A DNA stretch of 63,876 nucleotides, counting the filler, from Candidatus Tectimicrobiota bacterium (lineage in GTDB: Bacteria; JACPSX01): assembly GCA_016193065.1 (NCBI GenBank). It is 7 parts of 7 records of this genome, joined end to end, with 100 filler letters (N's around TTAATTAATTAA, not from the genome) between each part and the next. Parts side by side here need not be neighbours in the genome. Positions count along the whole stretch, not along the records: positions 1 to 18,065 come from JACPSX010000198.1; 6 more parts are not named here. The stretch is one strand, 5' to 3'. The stretch's first letter is position 1, and each line of letters starts with the position of its first letter. Of the stretch, positions 1-9,997 are shown piece by piece. The notes below the pieces were generated by a model. The model saw nothing but the letters and a program-made list of their open reading frames with translations. It did not search any database and was not told the DNA's origin. A program made the translations under genes and the position numbers.

Positions 1-4
1 CATC

Positions 5-1165
5 ATGCATTGGAAAGGGGGGCTTGCTATCGCGCTCGTGGCCGCACTGGTTCTGGGAGCCTCGGGCGCCATGGCCGCGGAGACCTACAAGATTGGAGCC
101 ATCTTCGCCCTTACCGGACCCGCATCGTCCCTGGGAATTCCGGAGAGGAACACTGCCTTACTGATTCAGGACGAGCTCAACAAGAAGGGGGGGATCCGGG
201 GGCCCGATGGCCAGATGCACCCCGTCCAGATCATCATCTACGATACAGCCAGCGAGGAAACCAAGACCGTTCTGGCCACCAAGAAGCTGATCGAGGAAGA
301 CAAGGTTTCGGCGATAGTCGGCCCTACTCAGAGCGGGGAGAGCCTGGCGATCGTGGACACCGTGCAGAAGGCCCAGATCCCGCTCATCTCGGCAGCGGCC
401 AGCATCAAGATCGTGGAGCCCGTGAAAGACCGCAAGTGGGTATTTAAAACTCCCCAGAGTGATACCCTGATCGCCTCGGTGCTGATCAGCTTCCTGAAGG
501 AGAAAAATCTCTCCAAGGTGGCATTTCTGAGCGTCAACAATGCCTTTGGGGACAGCGGCCGGGTGGAATTTGAAAAGGTCGCTGAAAAGTCGGGCTTGCA
601 AATCGTCGCCAGGGAAAAATTCGACGCTACGGATAAAGATATAACCGCCCAGCTCACCCGCCTGCGCGGGACCGATTTCCAGGCGGCCGTGGTGTGGGCC
701 ATCCCGCCGGCGGCCTCCATCGTTACGAAAAACTACCGGCAGATTGGCCTGCGCCAGCCCCTGTTCCAGAGCCACGGGGTGGGCAACAAGGCTTTCATCG
801 ATCTGGCCGGTCCGGCCGCCAACGGAGTTATCTTCCCGGTGGGCAAGTTGGTGGTAGCCGAAGATCTCCCCGGCAGCGACGCGCAAAAATCCGTTCTGGT
901 TCAGTACGCCAAAGATTACGAGGCCCGCTTTGGTCCCCGCAGCACCTTTGGGGGGCATGCCTGGGACGGATTGCGGATCGTCCTGAAAGCCATGGAAAAA
1001 GCCGGCAGCGACCGGGCCAAGATCCGGGACGCCGTCGAGGGGATGAAAGAATTCGTGGGAATCAGCGGGGTCTTCAGATTTTCCGCCCAAGATCACAACG
1101 GTCTGGACACCCGGGCCGTCACTATGGTGGAGATCAAGGACGGTAAGTGGACCCTCGCCAGGTGA
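5..1165 (+). CDS. livK: Branched-chain amino acid/aromatic acid ABC transporter substrate-binding protein (LivK/Peripla_BP_6 family)
   Basis: Signal peptide ending AMA-A; KIGAIFALTGPASSLG N-terminal motif; first gene of a livKHMGF-type operon. Confidence 0.9.
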   Translation: MHWKGGLAIALVAALVLGASGAMAAETYKIGAIFALTGPASSLGIPERNTALLIQDELNKKGGIRGPDGQMHPVQIIIYDTASEETKTVLATKKLIEEDKVSAIVGPTQSGESLAIVDTVQKAQIPLISAAASIKIVEPVKDRKWVFKTPQSDTLIASVLISFLKEKNLSKVAFLSVNNAFGDSGRVEFEKVAEKSGLQIVAREKFDATDKDITAQLTRLRGTDFQAAVVWAIPPAASIVTKNYRQIGLRQPLFQSHGVGNKAFIDLAGPAANGVIFPVGKLVVAEDLPGSDAQKSVLVQYAKDYEARFGPRSTFGGHAWDGLRIVLKAMEKAGSDRAKIRDAVEGMKEFVGISGVFRFSAQDHNGLDTRAVTMVEIKDGKWTLAR

Positions 1166-1174
1166 ACACCATCC

Positions 1175-1200
1175 GGGGAGGCGCCTCCAGGCGCCTCCCC
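1175..1200 (+). terminator. GC-rich hairpin after the SBP gene (mRNA-stabilising or attenuating)
   Basis: Perfect 11-bp stem GGGGAGGCGCC-TCCA-GGCGCCTCCCC; no U-tract. Confidence 0.55.
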
Positions 1201-1246
1201 ATTCGCCAGGATGGCAAGCTAAAACCGTAGTGAAAAACCGCAAGGC

Positions 1247-2131
1247 GTGGCGATGACCCTTTTGGGAAGTCAAATACTGCAGTATGTTCTGTCGGGAATC
1301 GTGGTGGGGGGAATCTACGCTCTCATCGCCATTGGGTTCGTGGTTATCTTCAACGTCACCGGAATCATCAACTTCGCCCAGGGGGAATTCGTGATGTTCG
1401 GCGGGATGCTGGCCGTCTCGCTGAATCAGGCGGGCTTTCCTCTGGGCGGGGCGCTGCTGGCGGCGACTCTTCTCACCGCATTGCTGGGCGCTTTGGTGGA
1501 AAGGGCGGCCATTAAACCGGCCAAGACGGCCTCCATCTCCACGCAGATCATCATCACGATCGGAGCCTCCATTGCCCTGCGGGGGATTGCTTTGATGATT
1601 TGGGGCACGGACCCATACCCCCTCCCCTCCTTCAGCGACGGGCCGCCCCTGGTTGTGGCCGAAGCCGCCGTCGTGCAGCAGGGACTGTGGGTCATCGGCG
1701 TCACTCTTCTGCTCCTGGTCGGGTTGCACGCCTTCTTCCACCGGACACTTCTAGGAAAGGCCCTGCGGGCCTGCGCCTACAACTCCGTGGGGGCACTTCT
1801 GAACGGCATCAGCGTGAGCCGCATGAGCCTGCTCTCCTTCTCCCTGAGCGCGGGCCTGTCGGCCGTGGCCGGGATCGTCATCTCCCCGATCACCTACGCC
1901 ACCTACGACATGGGGAGTATGCTGGGGCTGAAGGGATTCGTGGCCGCCATGGTCGGGGGGCTCACCAGCATTCAGGGAGCCGTAGTTGGCGGCCTGTTGG
2001 TCGGCATCCTGGAATCCCTGGGAGCCGGAGTCGTGTCCTCCGGTTACAAGGATGCGGTGGCTTTCCTGGTGCTGCTCGCCCTGTTTTTCCTGAAGCCTGA
2101 AGGGATCCTGGGAGGGAAGGCGAAGGCATGA
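1247..2131 (+). CDS. livH: LIV-type ABC transporter permease
   Basis: GGIYALIAIGFVVIFNVTGIINFAQGE motif; multiple TM helices; alternative start ATG 1253. Confidence 0.9.
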   Translation: MAMTLLGSQILQYVLSGIVVGGIYALIAIGFVVIFNVTGIINFAQGEFVMFGGMLAVSLNQAGFPLGGALLAATLLTALLGALVERAAIKPAKTASISTQIIITIGASIALRGIALMIWGTDPYPLPSFSDGPPLVVAEAAVVQQGLWVIGVTLLLLVGLHAFFHRTLLGKALRACAYNSVGALLNGISVSRMSLLSFSLSAGLSAVAGIVISPITYATYDMGSMLGLKGFVAAMVGGLTSIQGAVVGGLLVGILESLGAGVVSSGYKDAVAFLVLLALFFLKPEGILGGKAKA

Positions 2132-3099
2132 AGATACCCTTCATCTGGACGGCAATCGCCGCAGGATTGGCTTTGCTGCCTGTGGTTCTTCCCAGCAATT
2201 ACTACCTGGGGATTATGATCTTCATCGGGCTCAACTCCCTGGCCGCCATGGGGCTGTGCCTGCTCATGGGCTACGCGGGCCAAATTTCCCTCGGACACGC
2301 CGCCTTTTTTGGGATGGGTGCCTACATCTCGGGGATTCTTTCGGTCTCCTATGGTTTCCCCCCCTGGCTGTCCGTGATCGCTGCCGTTACCGCCACCGCA
2401 TTGCTGGCCTTCGTTCTGGGTGTCCCAATCCTGCGATTGCAGGGCTACTATCTGGCTGTAGCCACTCTAGGGCTGGGCATCATCGTGTACCTGGTTTTTA
2501 TGAACTGGACTTCTTTGACAGGAGGACCCTCGGGCCTGTCGGCGATTCCTTATCTGGCACTGGGGCCGCTCAGCTTTAACCGGGATCTCAAGGTTTACTA
2601 CCTGGTTTGGGCCGTGGTTTTTCTCGCGCTGGCCTGCGGGCACAACATCGTGAAGTCCCGGGTCGGCAGGGCCCTGCGTTCCATACACAGCAGCGAGATC
2701 GCGGCTCAGGCCATGGGCATCAACACGGGCCGCTACAAAGTTAAGGTCTTTGCTCTAAGCGCCGCCTACGCGGCCTTGGCCGGGGGGCTTTATGCTCACT
2801 ACCTGACGTTTATTAGCCCTGCCCCCTTTGGCTTTCAATTCTCCATCGAGCTTCTTGTCATGGTCGTGGTCGGAGGGATCGGGGATTTATCGGGAGCCAT
2901 CTTGGGTGCCGCGGTAATCACCTTGCTTAGCGAGATACTCAGAGACCTTATGCCCCATCTCTTTTCTTACGGAGCCGGAGAATACGAAATCGTCTTCTTC
3001 GGGATTCTGCTTATCGTGTTCATGATCTTCCTGCCCGGGGGGTTGGTCCAGGGTCTGGATTTCCTGCGGCGGCGGCCCCGGGTGATGGCCCAGAGGTAA
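2128..3099 (+). CDS. livM: LIV-type ABC transporter permease
   Basis: GYAGQISLGHAAFFGMGAY and LRLQGYYLAVATLG motifs; ATGA overlap with livH. Confidence 0.9.
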   Translation: MKIPFIWTAIAAGLALLPVVLPSNYYLGIMIFIGLNSLAAMGLCLLMGYAGQISLGHAAFFGMGAYISGILSVSYGFPPWLSVIAAVTATALLAFVLGVPILRLQGYYLAVATLGLGIIVYLVFMNWTSLTGGPSGLSAIPYLALGPLSFNRDLKVYYLVWAVVFLALACGHNIVKSRVGRALRSIHSSEIAAQAMGINTGRYKVKVFALSAAYAALAGGLYAHYLTFISPAPFGFQFSIELLVMVVVGGIGDLSGAILGAAVITLLSEILRDLMPHLFSYGAGEYEIVFFGILLIVFMIFLPGGLVQGLDFLRRRPRVMAQR

Positions 3100-3101
3100 C
3101 A

Positions 3102-3875
3102 GTGAGCTTACTGCAAGTAAAGCGGATCACGAAGCACTTTGGCGGGCTTACGGCTCTCTCGGACTTAAGCTTCTCCGTCGAGGAGGGGAAGGTCTTCGGC
3201 CTCATCGGCCCCAACGGAGCCGGCAAAACCACGCTTCTCAATATCATTTCCGGTTTTCTCAAGGCCACCTCCGGAAACATCATCCTGCAGGGAAAATCCA
3301 TCACTGGATGCCACCCTCACATACTGGCCAGCCGGGGAATCAGCCGCACGTTTCAAAACGGCCAGATCTTCGGCAACATGACTGCTCTGGAAAATGTCAT
3401 GGTGGGGTGTCATATCCGCTTCGGCGGGGAATTCCTCAACGCCGCCCTGCAGACAGGTTGGAGCCGTCGGCAGGAGGGAGAAATTCGCCAGGTATCAGTG
3501 GAAATTCTTGCCTCCATGGGTCTGCAGGCCTGGGCTCAGGAACCCGCCGACAGTCTTCCGTTCGGGCTCCAGCGCTTGTTGGAGATCGCCAGAGGAGTGG
3601 CCACCAAACCCCGGCTCCTGCTGCTGGATGAGCCCGCCGCGGGACTCAACCGCGAGGAAAAGGAGCGTCTAACCCTGGAGATCGCCAGACTCCGATGCCA
3701 GGGGATTACGATCATCTTGGTGGAACACGATATGGATGTCGTCATGTCCATCTGCGACCGGCTCGTGGTTCTCAATTACGGCCAGAAGATTGCCGAGGGA
3801 ACCCCCGAGGAAGTTCAGAAGGATCGGGAGGTCGTTGCCGCCTACCTGGGAGACGAAGATGGTTTCCATGCTTGA
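3102..3875 (+). CDS. livG: LIV-type ABC transporter ATP-binding protein
   Basis: Walker A GPNGAGKTT; LLLLDEPAAG; C-terminal VVAAYLG. Confidence 0.92.
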   Translation: MSLLQVKRITKHFGGLTALSDLSFSVEEGKVFGLIGPNGAGKTTLLNIISGFLKATSGNIILQGKSITGCHPHILASRGISRTFQNGQIFGNMTALENVMVGCHIRFGGEFLNAALQTGWSRRQEGEIRQVSVEILASMGLQAWAQEPADSLPFGLQRLLEIARGVATKPRLLLLDEPAAGLNREEKERLTLEIARLRCQGITIILVEHDMDVVMSICDRLVVLNYGQKIAEGTPEEVQKDREVVAAYLGDEDGFHA

Positions 3876-4617
3876 CGTGAGCGGGGTATCAGCCGGATAC
3901 GGCCGCATCGGCGTTTTGAAAGAAATCACTCTCCGGGTTGGACCTGGAGAAATCGTGGCCATCGTGGGGGCAAACGGCGCCGGTAAGTCGACTCTCTTAA
4001 AAACCATTTCGGGGCTGGTCCGGGCCCGGCGCGGAATGATCCGCGTCGAAGATCAGGAGATCACCCACTGGGCTCCCGAGAAGATCGTGCGGTCCGGGGT
4101 GCGACACGTTCCGGAAGGACGACAGCTCTTCGGTCCCCTCTCGGTCCTGGATAACCTCCTGTTGGGTGCCTACGGGGATTCGACCTTAGCCAACCGAAAG
4201 GCAGTTATGGCTCGGGTGGAGCAGGTCTATGAGATCTTTCCCATTCTCCGGCAGCGGAATGCCCAGAGAGCCAATACCTTAAGCGGCGGAGAGCAACAGA
4301 TGCTGGCCATCGGGCGCGCCCTGATGGGGACTACGAAGCTCCTTTTGCTGGATGAGCCAACCACCGGTCTGGCTCCCCTTATCGTGAGAGAGATTCTGAA
4401 TGTGATTTTGCGACTGCGGCGCCAGGGAATTTCCATCTTGCTTGTAGAGCAAAATGCCCGCTTGGCCTTTTCGGTGGCAACACGAGCCTACGTCATGGAA
4501 ACCGGGCGGGTCGTGCTGGCGGGAACCCCGGAGCAGTTGATCCTGGAAGACACGGTTCGCAAGGCGTATTTAGGCAATTCCCCCAAACTGATCAGGACCG
4601 AGGTAACCCAGAGGTAG
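3868..4617 (+). CDS. livF: LIV-type ABC transporter ATP-binding protein
   Basis: GANGAGKST, LSGGEQQMLAIGRAL, HVPEGR; start moved to ATG 3868 (alt 3859) from the ORF-track 3736. Confidence 0.92.
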   Translation: MLDVSGVSAGYGRIGVLKEITLRVGPGEIVAIVGANGAGKSTLLKTISGLVRARRGMIRVEDQEITHWAPEKIVRSGVRHVPEGRQLFGPLSVLDNLLLGAYGDSTLANRKAVMARVEQVYEIFPILRQRNAQRANTLSGGEQQMLAIGRALMGTTKLLLLDEPTTGLAPLIVREILNVILRLRRQGISILLVEQNARLAFSVATRAYVMETGRVVLAGTPEQLILEDTVRKAYLGNSPKLIRTEVTQR

Positions 4618-4629
4618 ATGAGGTAGATT

Positions 4630-5319
4630 ATGAGAATGGAACCCGACAATGGAACACCGGATCCCTACAGCGACAAGCTAGAACCGATCCTGAAGACTGC
4701 CGCCAAGCTCATTGCTGAGAAAGGGTTCGACAAGGCCTCGATTCGTACTCTCGCCCAAGCCCTCGACGTGAGCCTGGCGAGCATCTACTACTACTTCAAG
4801 GGGAAGGAGGAAATCCTCTTCCTCATCCAGGATAGTGCCCTGGACAATCTGTTGTTAAGCCTCCGCGAGCGGCTCTCCCAATCCCAGGATCCCCTGGCAA
4901 GACTTTATGCCTTCATCCATAATCATCTCACCTTTGCCCTCAATTATCCAAACGAACATCGAGTCTGCGCCACCGAGATCGACAGACTTTCGGGAGAATT
5001 CCAACACCGGGTGGCTGAAAAGCGCCGGCTCTATTTCCAGATGGTTTCCTCCATCTACACGGAAATTCAGGAGAAGCATGACCTTTCCTCGGATGACACC
5101 AGGGCTCAGGTCCTCTGCCTTTTTGGAGCACTGAACTGGATTCATACCTGGTACCAGCCCGAAAAAGACGGCGACGTCAACAAACTGAGCCTGCGCATCC
5201 TGCGGGTGTTTGCCCAGGGACTTTCTCTCACCGGGAGGGACAAGATTCCCGGCCTCGAGGAAATTCTGCAGGGGATTTCCGAGCAGAGAATCTTCCGCCT
5301 GGGCGAAGCCCTCTATTGA
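4630..5319 (+). CDS. TetR/AcrR family regulator (KstR2-like C-terminal domain)
   Basis: HTH GFDKASIRTLAQALDVSLASIYYYFKGKEEIL; C-terminal GALNWIHTWYQP. Confidence 0.88.
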   Translation: MRMEPDNGTPDPYSDKLEPILKTAAKLIAEKGFDKASIRTLAQALDVSLASIYYYFKGKEEILFLIQDSALDNLLLSLRERLSQSQDPLARLYAFIHNHLTFALNYPNEHRVCATEIDRLSGEFQHRVAEKRRLYFQMVSSIYTEIQEKHDLSSDDTRAQVLCLFGALNWIHTWYQPEKDGDVNKLSLRILRVFAQGLSLTGRDKIPGLEEILQGISEQRIFRLGEALY

Positions 5320-5360
5320 ACCAGGGAGCCTCGGTTCTCTGCAGTGTTTTCCTCGAAAGA

Positions 5361-5804
5361 TCAAGAACTCTGGGGAAATTTGTGGGAGGAGATCAGGGAG
5401 AGTGCCCGGTGCATCTCCCGGTCCGGGGTAATTTCCCTCAGGATGTGGACGATCAGGGGGGGCTTTTCCTCGCCCGCAGGCAGGGAGAGAATGGTGATGT
5501 TCAGGCGTACCTCTGCACCGCCGGCGCGGGGCACCAGGAGATCAAACCTCTGGATGGGAAGTTCTCGTTCGACCATCACTTTTACCGGACAGCAGTTGTA
5601 GCAAAACAGGTTCCGAAACATATCTTTTCCCTGGAAGACCTCGTAACATGGCCGTCCCAGGGCGCGGGAGGATTCGACTTCCAGGATCCGCTCCAATTCC
5701 GAATTCCAAAGGGTGATGAAGCCGTTCCCGTCCACGACAAACACCCCATCGCCGGCCCCGGCCAGCCCCTCCAGCCACAACTTTAAGACCTCAGGGACTT
5801 CCAA
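5361..5804 (-). CDS. Stand-alone Cys-rich PAS domain protein
   Basis: DGVFVVDGNGFITLWN PAS start; GRPCYEVFQGKD..NLFCYNCCPV; GGAGG before TTG start. Confidence 0.8.
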   Translation of the reverse strand: MEVPEVLKLWLEGLAGAGDGVFVVDGNGFITLWNSELERILEVESSRALGRPCYEVFQGKDMFRNLFCYNCCPVKVMVERELPIQRFDLLVPRAGGAEVRLNITILSLPAGEEKPPLIVHILREITPDREMHRALSLISSHKFPQSS

Positions 5805-6024
5805 TTTTCCTCCCCTGGACTTTCACATGTTTCTAACATTTCCTATGGCCCATCCTAGCGCCCCTGCCGGGGTCGGGGAATAGTGCAAACACGCTAATTT
5901 CCTATACCGGATGGCCCAAACCGTCCGGTCTACCGGAAAATCGCAAAACGTTCCCCGGCCTTTTCTGTAGTTTCCACCGCGGAGAGGACGCCGCTGGGGA
6001 AAGCAGTGAAACGAGGCAGGCAGA

Positions 6025-6699
6025 TCAGATCAAGTGATTTTGATATGCGTAGACGACCGCTTCCAGCTTGCTGTGCACTCCCAGCTTCATGAGTATGTTC
6101 TGGGTGTGATTTCGCACCGTGGCGGGGCTGATGTAGAGCTGTTCGGCAATCGCCTGAGGATCGAGCCCCTTGGCTGTGAGCTTTAAGACCTCGAGCTCCC
6201 GCGAGGTGAGCCTGGGAGGGGCGGCGCTGGTAGTTTCTTCCTGATCCTGGTTGGCCTCCTTTTCAGGCCAGGGGAGCTCCTCCCTCAAATCCAGGAGCTG
6301 ACGGACGAGCTTTTGCAACTGCTCTCGTTGCTCGACTTCACGGAAGAGATGGAGCATCGTGAACAGATTTCTCTTGACTCCGGGGATAATCAGGACGCTG
6401 ACGTTGGCCCAAAGGGACTTTCCGTTTTTCCCCTTCATGAGAAGGTCGTAATTGCGGATCGGCTCGCCTTTCTTGGCCAACCGCATCACCTGGCAATCCT
6501 GGAAACAGAACAGGTTCTCGTACTGATCCCGACCCGAGACGACTTCGAAGCAATGCTTCCCCACCACCTCTTCCGATTTAAACCCGAGCAGCTTCTCGGC
6601 GGCCTTGTTCCACATGACGATACGGCCGCGCGCATCAATCGCAAAGGCTCCATCCGCAGTTGTCGATATGATATCCAGCACGTCCTTTTCCTTGCCCAC
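6025..6699 (-). CDS. PAS domain-LuxR HTH transcriptional regulator
   Basis: PAS with GKHCFEVVSGRD..NLFCFQDCQV; LuxR HTH LTSRELEVLKL..IAEQLYISPATVRNH; start assigned to GTG 6699 after a purine-rich RBS. Confidence 0.88.
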   Translation of the reverse strand: MGKEKDVLDIISTTADGAFAIDARGRIVMWNKAAEKLLGFKSEEVVGKHCFEVVSGRDQYENLFCFQDCQVMRLAKKGEPIRNYDLLMKGKNGKSLWANVSVLIIPGVKRNLFTMLHLFREVEQREQLQKLVRQLLDLREELPWPEKEANQDQEETTSAAPPRLTSRELEVLKLTAKGLDPQAIAEQLYISPATVRNHTQNILMKLGVHSKLEAVVYAYQNHLI

Positions 6700-7493
6700 T
6701 GTTCCCTTCCCCCACTGGCCTATGGAAAATAGACTATCCTCCGGCGCGTGTACGTAAGCATATTTTACTAAAGATTTTACATTACTCAAATGGTTTTTTG
6801 TGCGGAAATGGACCCAGGCAAGACTAAAAAATGGGGAAATGGGGGGCAACAGATGGAGGGGGGAAATCTGTTGCCCCACAGGAAACGTCTCCCGCGACGT
6901 TCCACCACTCCCCAAGGCAAAAGACGGGGGCAAGGAGAGATCTCAAGGCTCCTCTGAGGAACGAGCCCAGTCTCCCCGGAGCACCCGGAAAAGCAAATAA
7001 GCAAACCCACCCGCCGTCCCGGACAAGAACGTGTAGGCCATTACAAGATCAAAACTGAGAAGTTGCTGTCCCATTGGGTTGAGTTTGCCTTCCTATGATC
7101 TGTACCGCCCACTCTTCGGGAGCTTCACGGGCATGCTGAACAGCCTGAACTCCCTGCGCTCCATTTATACTCCACTTGTCGGAAAGTGCAATTTCGATAC
7201 CTTTTCAGGATCCCCCGAAAAGAAGCATTTCCAGTAGGTTCCAGACCCGACCCAAATCAAACCCGGGAATCAATGGGTGCTTTGACCCAACATCTGTGTG
7301 AAATCACTCAGCGCTCCGGAAATGACGCCGAGATTCGCGGGCAGCGGCATACCCCTATTGAAATCGCTTTTCCAGAAGGGAAGAAAACCATGGGATCGAC
7401 GGGATTTTCCGATTTATGCAGCCGGTGATGGAAGTGAAGGGAAAGGACTTAGATCCAGATGACGCCCGTACCAGGCAGCTTGTCCAAAAATGA

Positions 7494-7531
7494 CAAGGGG
7501 TGCTTCCGGAAAGCACCCCTTGATCCATTTT
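7494..7531 (+). terminator. Intrinsic terminator-like hairpin, possibly bidirectional
   Basis: 12-bp perfect stem CAAGGGGTGCTT-CCGGA-AAGCACCCCTTG; T-rich tract downstream, A-tract upstream. Confidence 0.55.
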
Positions 7532-7784
7532 TTCTCTCTTTTAGAGAGCTAAAGCGGTTATCCGCCTCAATTCGCCGCACCTCTTTGGCCTCTACCCATT
7601 TAACTGCGGCCCAAAATCCGGTAGAGGCCAGACTGAGGGAATTTCAAGACATGTATGAAAATGCATAGCATGTCTGGGCACCACCTTTCGCGTGTATATA
7701 TACCCAATCATTTGCCTCAGGTCAATGATTAATTTTTCTTATTCACCTAGAACGGTCTTTCTGCCACACTAACTCGGCAGGAAG

Positions 7785-7799
7785 TGGCACAGTGGTTGC
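7785..7799 (+). promoter_or_regulatory. sigma54 (RpoN) -24/-12 promoter of the Rieske/cytb operon
   Basis: TGGCAC-AGTGG-TTGC fits TGGCAC-N5-TTGC; 33 nt upstream of the Rieske ATG. Confidence 0.75.
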
Positions 7800-7832
7800 C
7801 TTTTCTTAAAGGTTTGCAGGTTGCCAGGGGAT

Positions 7833-8348
7833 ATGGAAAAAAGGAAACCAAGCTGTTCAAGACGCAAGATTCTTCAAGGGTTTGGGGCCGCCGGGACGGC
7901 CGGCCTGATTCTCGGCAGCAGCTATGTTTCTTTGAACTTCTTTTCTCCCAAAGCCTTGTACGATCCTCCAAACCGGTTTCGGGCCGGCAAGCCCGATGAT
8001 TTCCTGAACAGCAAGGTCACGGAAATCTGGAAGGAAAGCCAGAAGATCTGGCTGGTACGGTCGGCTAGCGGACTCCATGCTCTCGTGGCGGTCTGCACCC
8101 ATCTGGGGTGTACTCCAAACTGGTTTCCGGAAGAGGAGAAGTTTAAGTGCCCATGCCACGGCAGCGTTTTTAACCTGAAAGGAGACGTGGTCTCGGGACC
8201 GGCTCCCGAGCCTTTATTTCGAACTCCCATTGTCTTGAACGAGAAAGGAGACCTGATCGTCGGCACCGGCAACTTGGGGATCCGCCTCCCCGAGCAGTCA
8301 AACCGTGAACCCCAACGTTCCGGAGAAGGTTTCTTGATCCGTGTGTAG
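7833..8348 (+). CDS. petC: Rieske 2Fe-2S subunit of Rieske/cytochrome b complex
   Basis: CTHLGC and CPCHGS boxes, GPAP; Tat-like SRRKIL plus TM helix; ATG 7833 with AGGGG RBS. Confidence 0.93.
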   Translation: MEKRKPSCSRRKILQGFGAAGTAGLILGSSYVSLNFFSPKALYDPPNRFRAGKPDDFLNSKVTEIWKESQKIWLVRSASGLHALVAVCTHLGCTPNWFPEEEKFKCPCHGSVFNLKGDVVSGPAPEPLFRTPIVLNEKGDLIVGTGNLGIRLPEQSNREPQRSGEGFLIRV

Positions 8349-8399
8349 GGGTCCCCTGTTGGGATACCCTGGTTCACCTAAATACTTCGGGGGCAAACT

Positions 8400-9161
8400 A
8401 TGACCGAGGGGGAACACTTCAAAGAAAAACTGTTCCGTTCGCAACTCTGGCGGTCGGTTTTTCGCCATCCTTACCCGCGCTCCCCCCGGGAGGAGCGCCG
8501 TCGATCCCGGACCAACTTCTTCCTGCACCTCCACCCCCCCGTCATTGAAAGGGAGCGGCTCAAGATCTCCCAAACCTGGGGCCTGGGGGGGATTTCCTTC
8601 CTCTTGTTCCTGATCCTCGCGTTCAGCGGTGGACTGTTGATGTTTTACTACCGCCCATCCGTAGAACACGCCTACCATGACATGAAGGATCTGGAATATG
8701 TGGTGAGCTTCGGCCCGTTTTTGCGCAACCTCCATCGCTGGGCAGCCCACGCGATGGTGATTACGGTCATTGCCCACATGGCCAGGGTCTTCTATGCCGG
8801 TTCTTATCGTCCCCCCAGGGAACTGAACTGGGTGGTGGGGATCTCCCTACTGGTGTTTACCCTCTTGCTGAGCTTTACGGGATACCTCTTGCCCTGGGAT
8901 CAGCTTGCCTACTGGGCCGTCACAGTCGCAACCCACATGGTGCGGGCTGCCCCTCTCATTGGAGCAGACGGGCCCTTGACTCTGGTCCGCTCTGGAGGAG
9001 ACTTAAGCGCCCTCCTGCTTGGGGCAAGGACAGTGAGCGCGCCGAGCCTGCTGCGCTTCTATGTGCTGCATGTTTTTCTGCTCCCCTTGGCCATGGCGGC
9101 ATTAATCGCCTTCCATTTCTGGCGGGTCCGCAAAGACCGGATGATCCGGAAGCCCCTGTGA
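8400..9161 (+). CDS. petB: Cytochrome b6-like subunit (N-terminal half of split cytochrome b)
   Basis: [36 protein letters not shown]-x14-H (b6-type spacing). Confidence 0.93.
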   Translation: MTEGEHFKEKLFRSQLWRSVFRHPYPRSPREERRRSRTNFFLHLHPPVIERERLKISQTWGLGGISFLLFLILAFSGGLLMFYYRPSVEHAYHDMKDLEYVVSFGPFLRNLHRWAAHAMVITVIAHMARVFYAGSYRPPRELNWVVGISLLVFTLLLSFTGYLLPWDQLAYWAVTVATHMVRAAPLIGADGPLTLVRSGGDLSALLLGARTVSAPSLLRFYVLHVFLLPLAMAALIAFHFWRVRKDRMIRKPL

Positions 9162-9181
9162 ACCGGGGAGGAAAGATAACC

Positions 9182-9982
9182 ATGGAAACTGGGGAAAGAT
9201 CAGGAGCAGAGGGGCAAAGCAAGGAAGCCGCTCTGGCTGTGCGGGCGCCCCTTCCATCCTTTCCGGGAAGACCTTCGGAGGAAAAAGAAAGCAGCCTCGA
9301 ACCGCAGAGAGTCCCCACTTTCCCGAACCTGGTCTACATTGAATTAATCGCCGCTCTGGCAGTGACCGCCCTGCTCATTTTTCTTTCCCTCGGGTTTGAC
9401 GCCCCGCTTCAGGAAATGGCCGATCCGAACCTAACTCCGAACCCCTCCAAAGCCCCGTGGTATTTCGTAGGGTTCCAGGAGCTTCTCGTTTACTTTGACC
9501 CCTGGATCGGAGGATTTCTCATTCCCCTGATGATCATTGTCGGACTCATTCTCTTCCCTTACCTGGACCCGACACGAAAAGAAGGCGAAGGCTACCGGTT
9601 CCGGGACCGCCCGCTGGCAGTCACAATCTTTACGGCGGGGCTGACCCTCTGGTTTGTCTTGATCGCGTTGGGATCTTGGTTTCGAGGCCCAAACTGGCAG
9701 TTTTACTGGCCCTGGGAGTCATGGAACATCGAGAAGCCCCTTCCGAAACAAACCACGACTCTGCCGGCCGCCATTGGCATCTCCATACTGATTGGTTACC
9801 TGGCAGCGGGCTTTACACTCCCGGCAATCTTCTTGAAAGGACTTCTGCGGCGGCTGGGAATTGTCCGATATCTCTTGTTCGCGGGGATTCTCTCGATGAT
9901 GGGCGGAGTGTTCCTCAAGATCGGGCTGCGCCTGCTCTTCAACGTGAAGTATGTCCTCCAGACCCGCTGGTTCAACCTCTAG
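9182..9982 (+). CDS. petD: Cytochrome b C-terminal half (subunit IV-like) with extra TM helices
   Basis: APLQEMADPNLTPNPSKAPWYF (PEWY-equivalent); FPYLD; FRGPNW; alternative start GTG 9158. Confidence 0.88.
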   Translation: METGERSGAEGQSKEAALAVRAPLPSFPGRPSEEKESSLEPQRVPTFPNLVYIELIAALAVTALLIFLSLGFDAPLQEMADPNLTPNPSKAPWYFVGFQELLVYFDPWIGGFLIPLMIIVGLILFPYLDPTRKEGEGYRFRDRPLAVTIFTAGLTLWFVLIALGSWFRGPNWQFYWPWESWNIEKPLPKQTTTLPAAIGISILIGYLAAGFTLPAIFLKGLLRRLGIVRYLLFAGILSMMGGVFLKIGLRLLFNVKYVLQTRWFNL

Positions 9983-9997
9983 GAGTCGGGTGAGGAA

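Noticed and set aside
6786-7668. Short ORFs in the LuxR-Rieske intergenic region
   Set aside because: No RBS, motif or typical codon pattern
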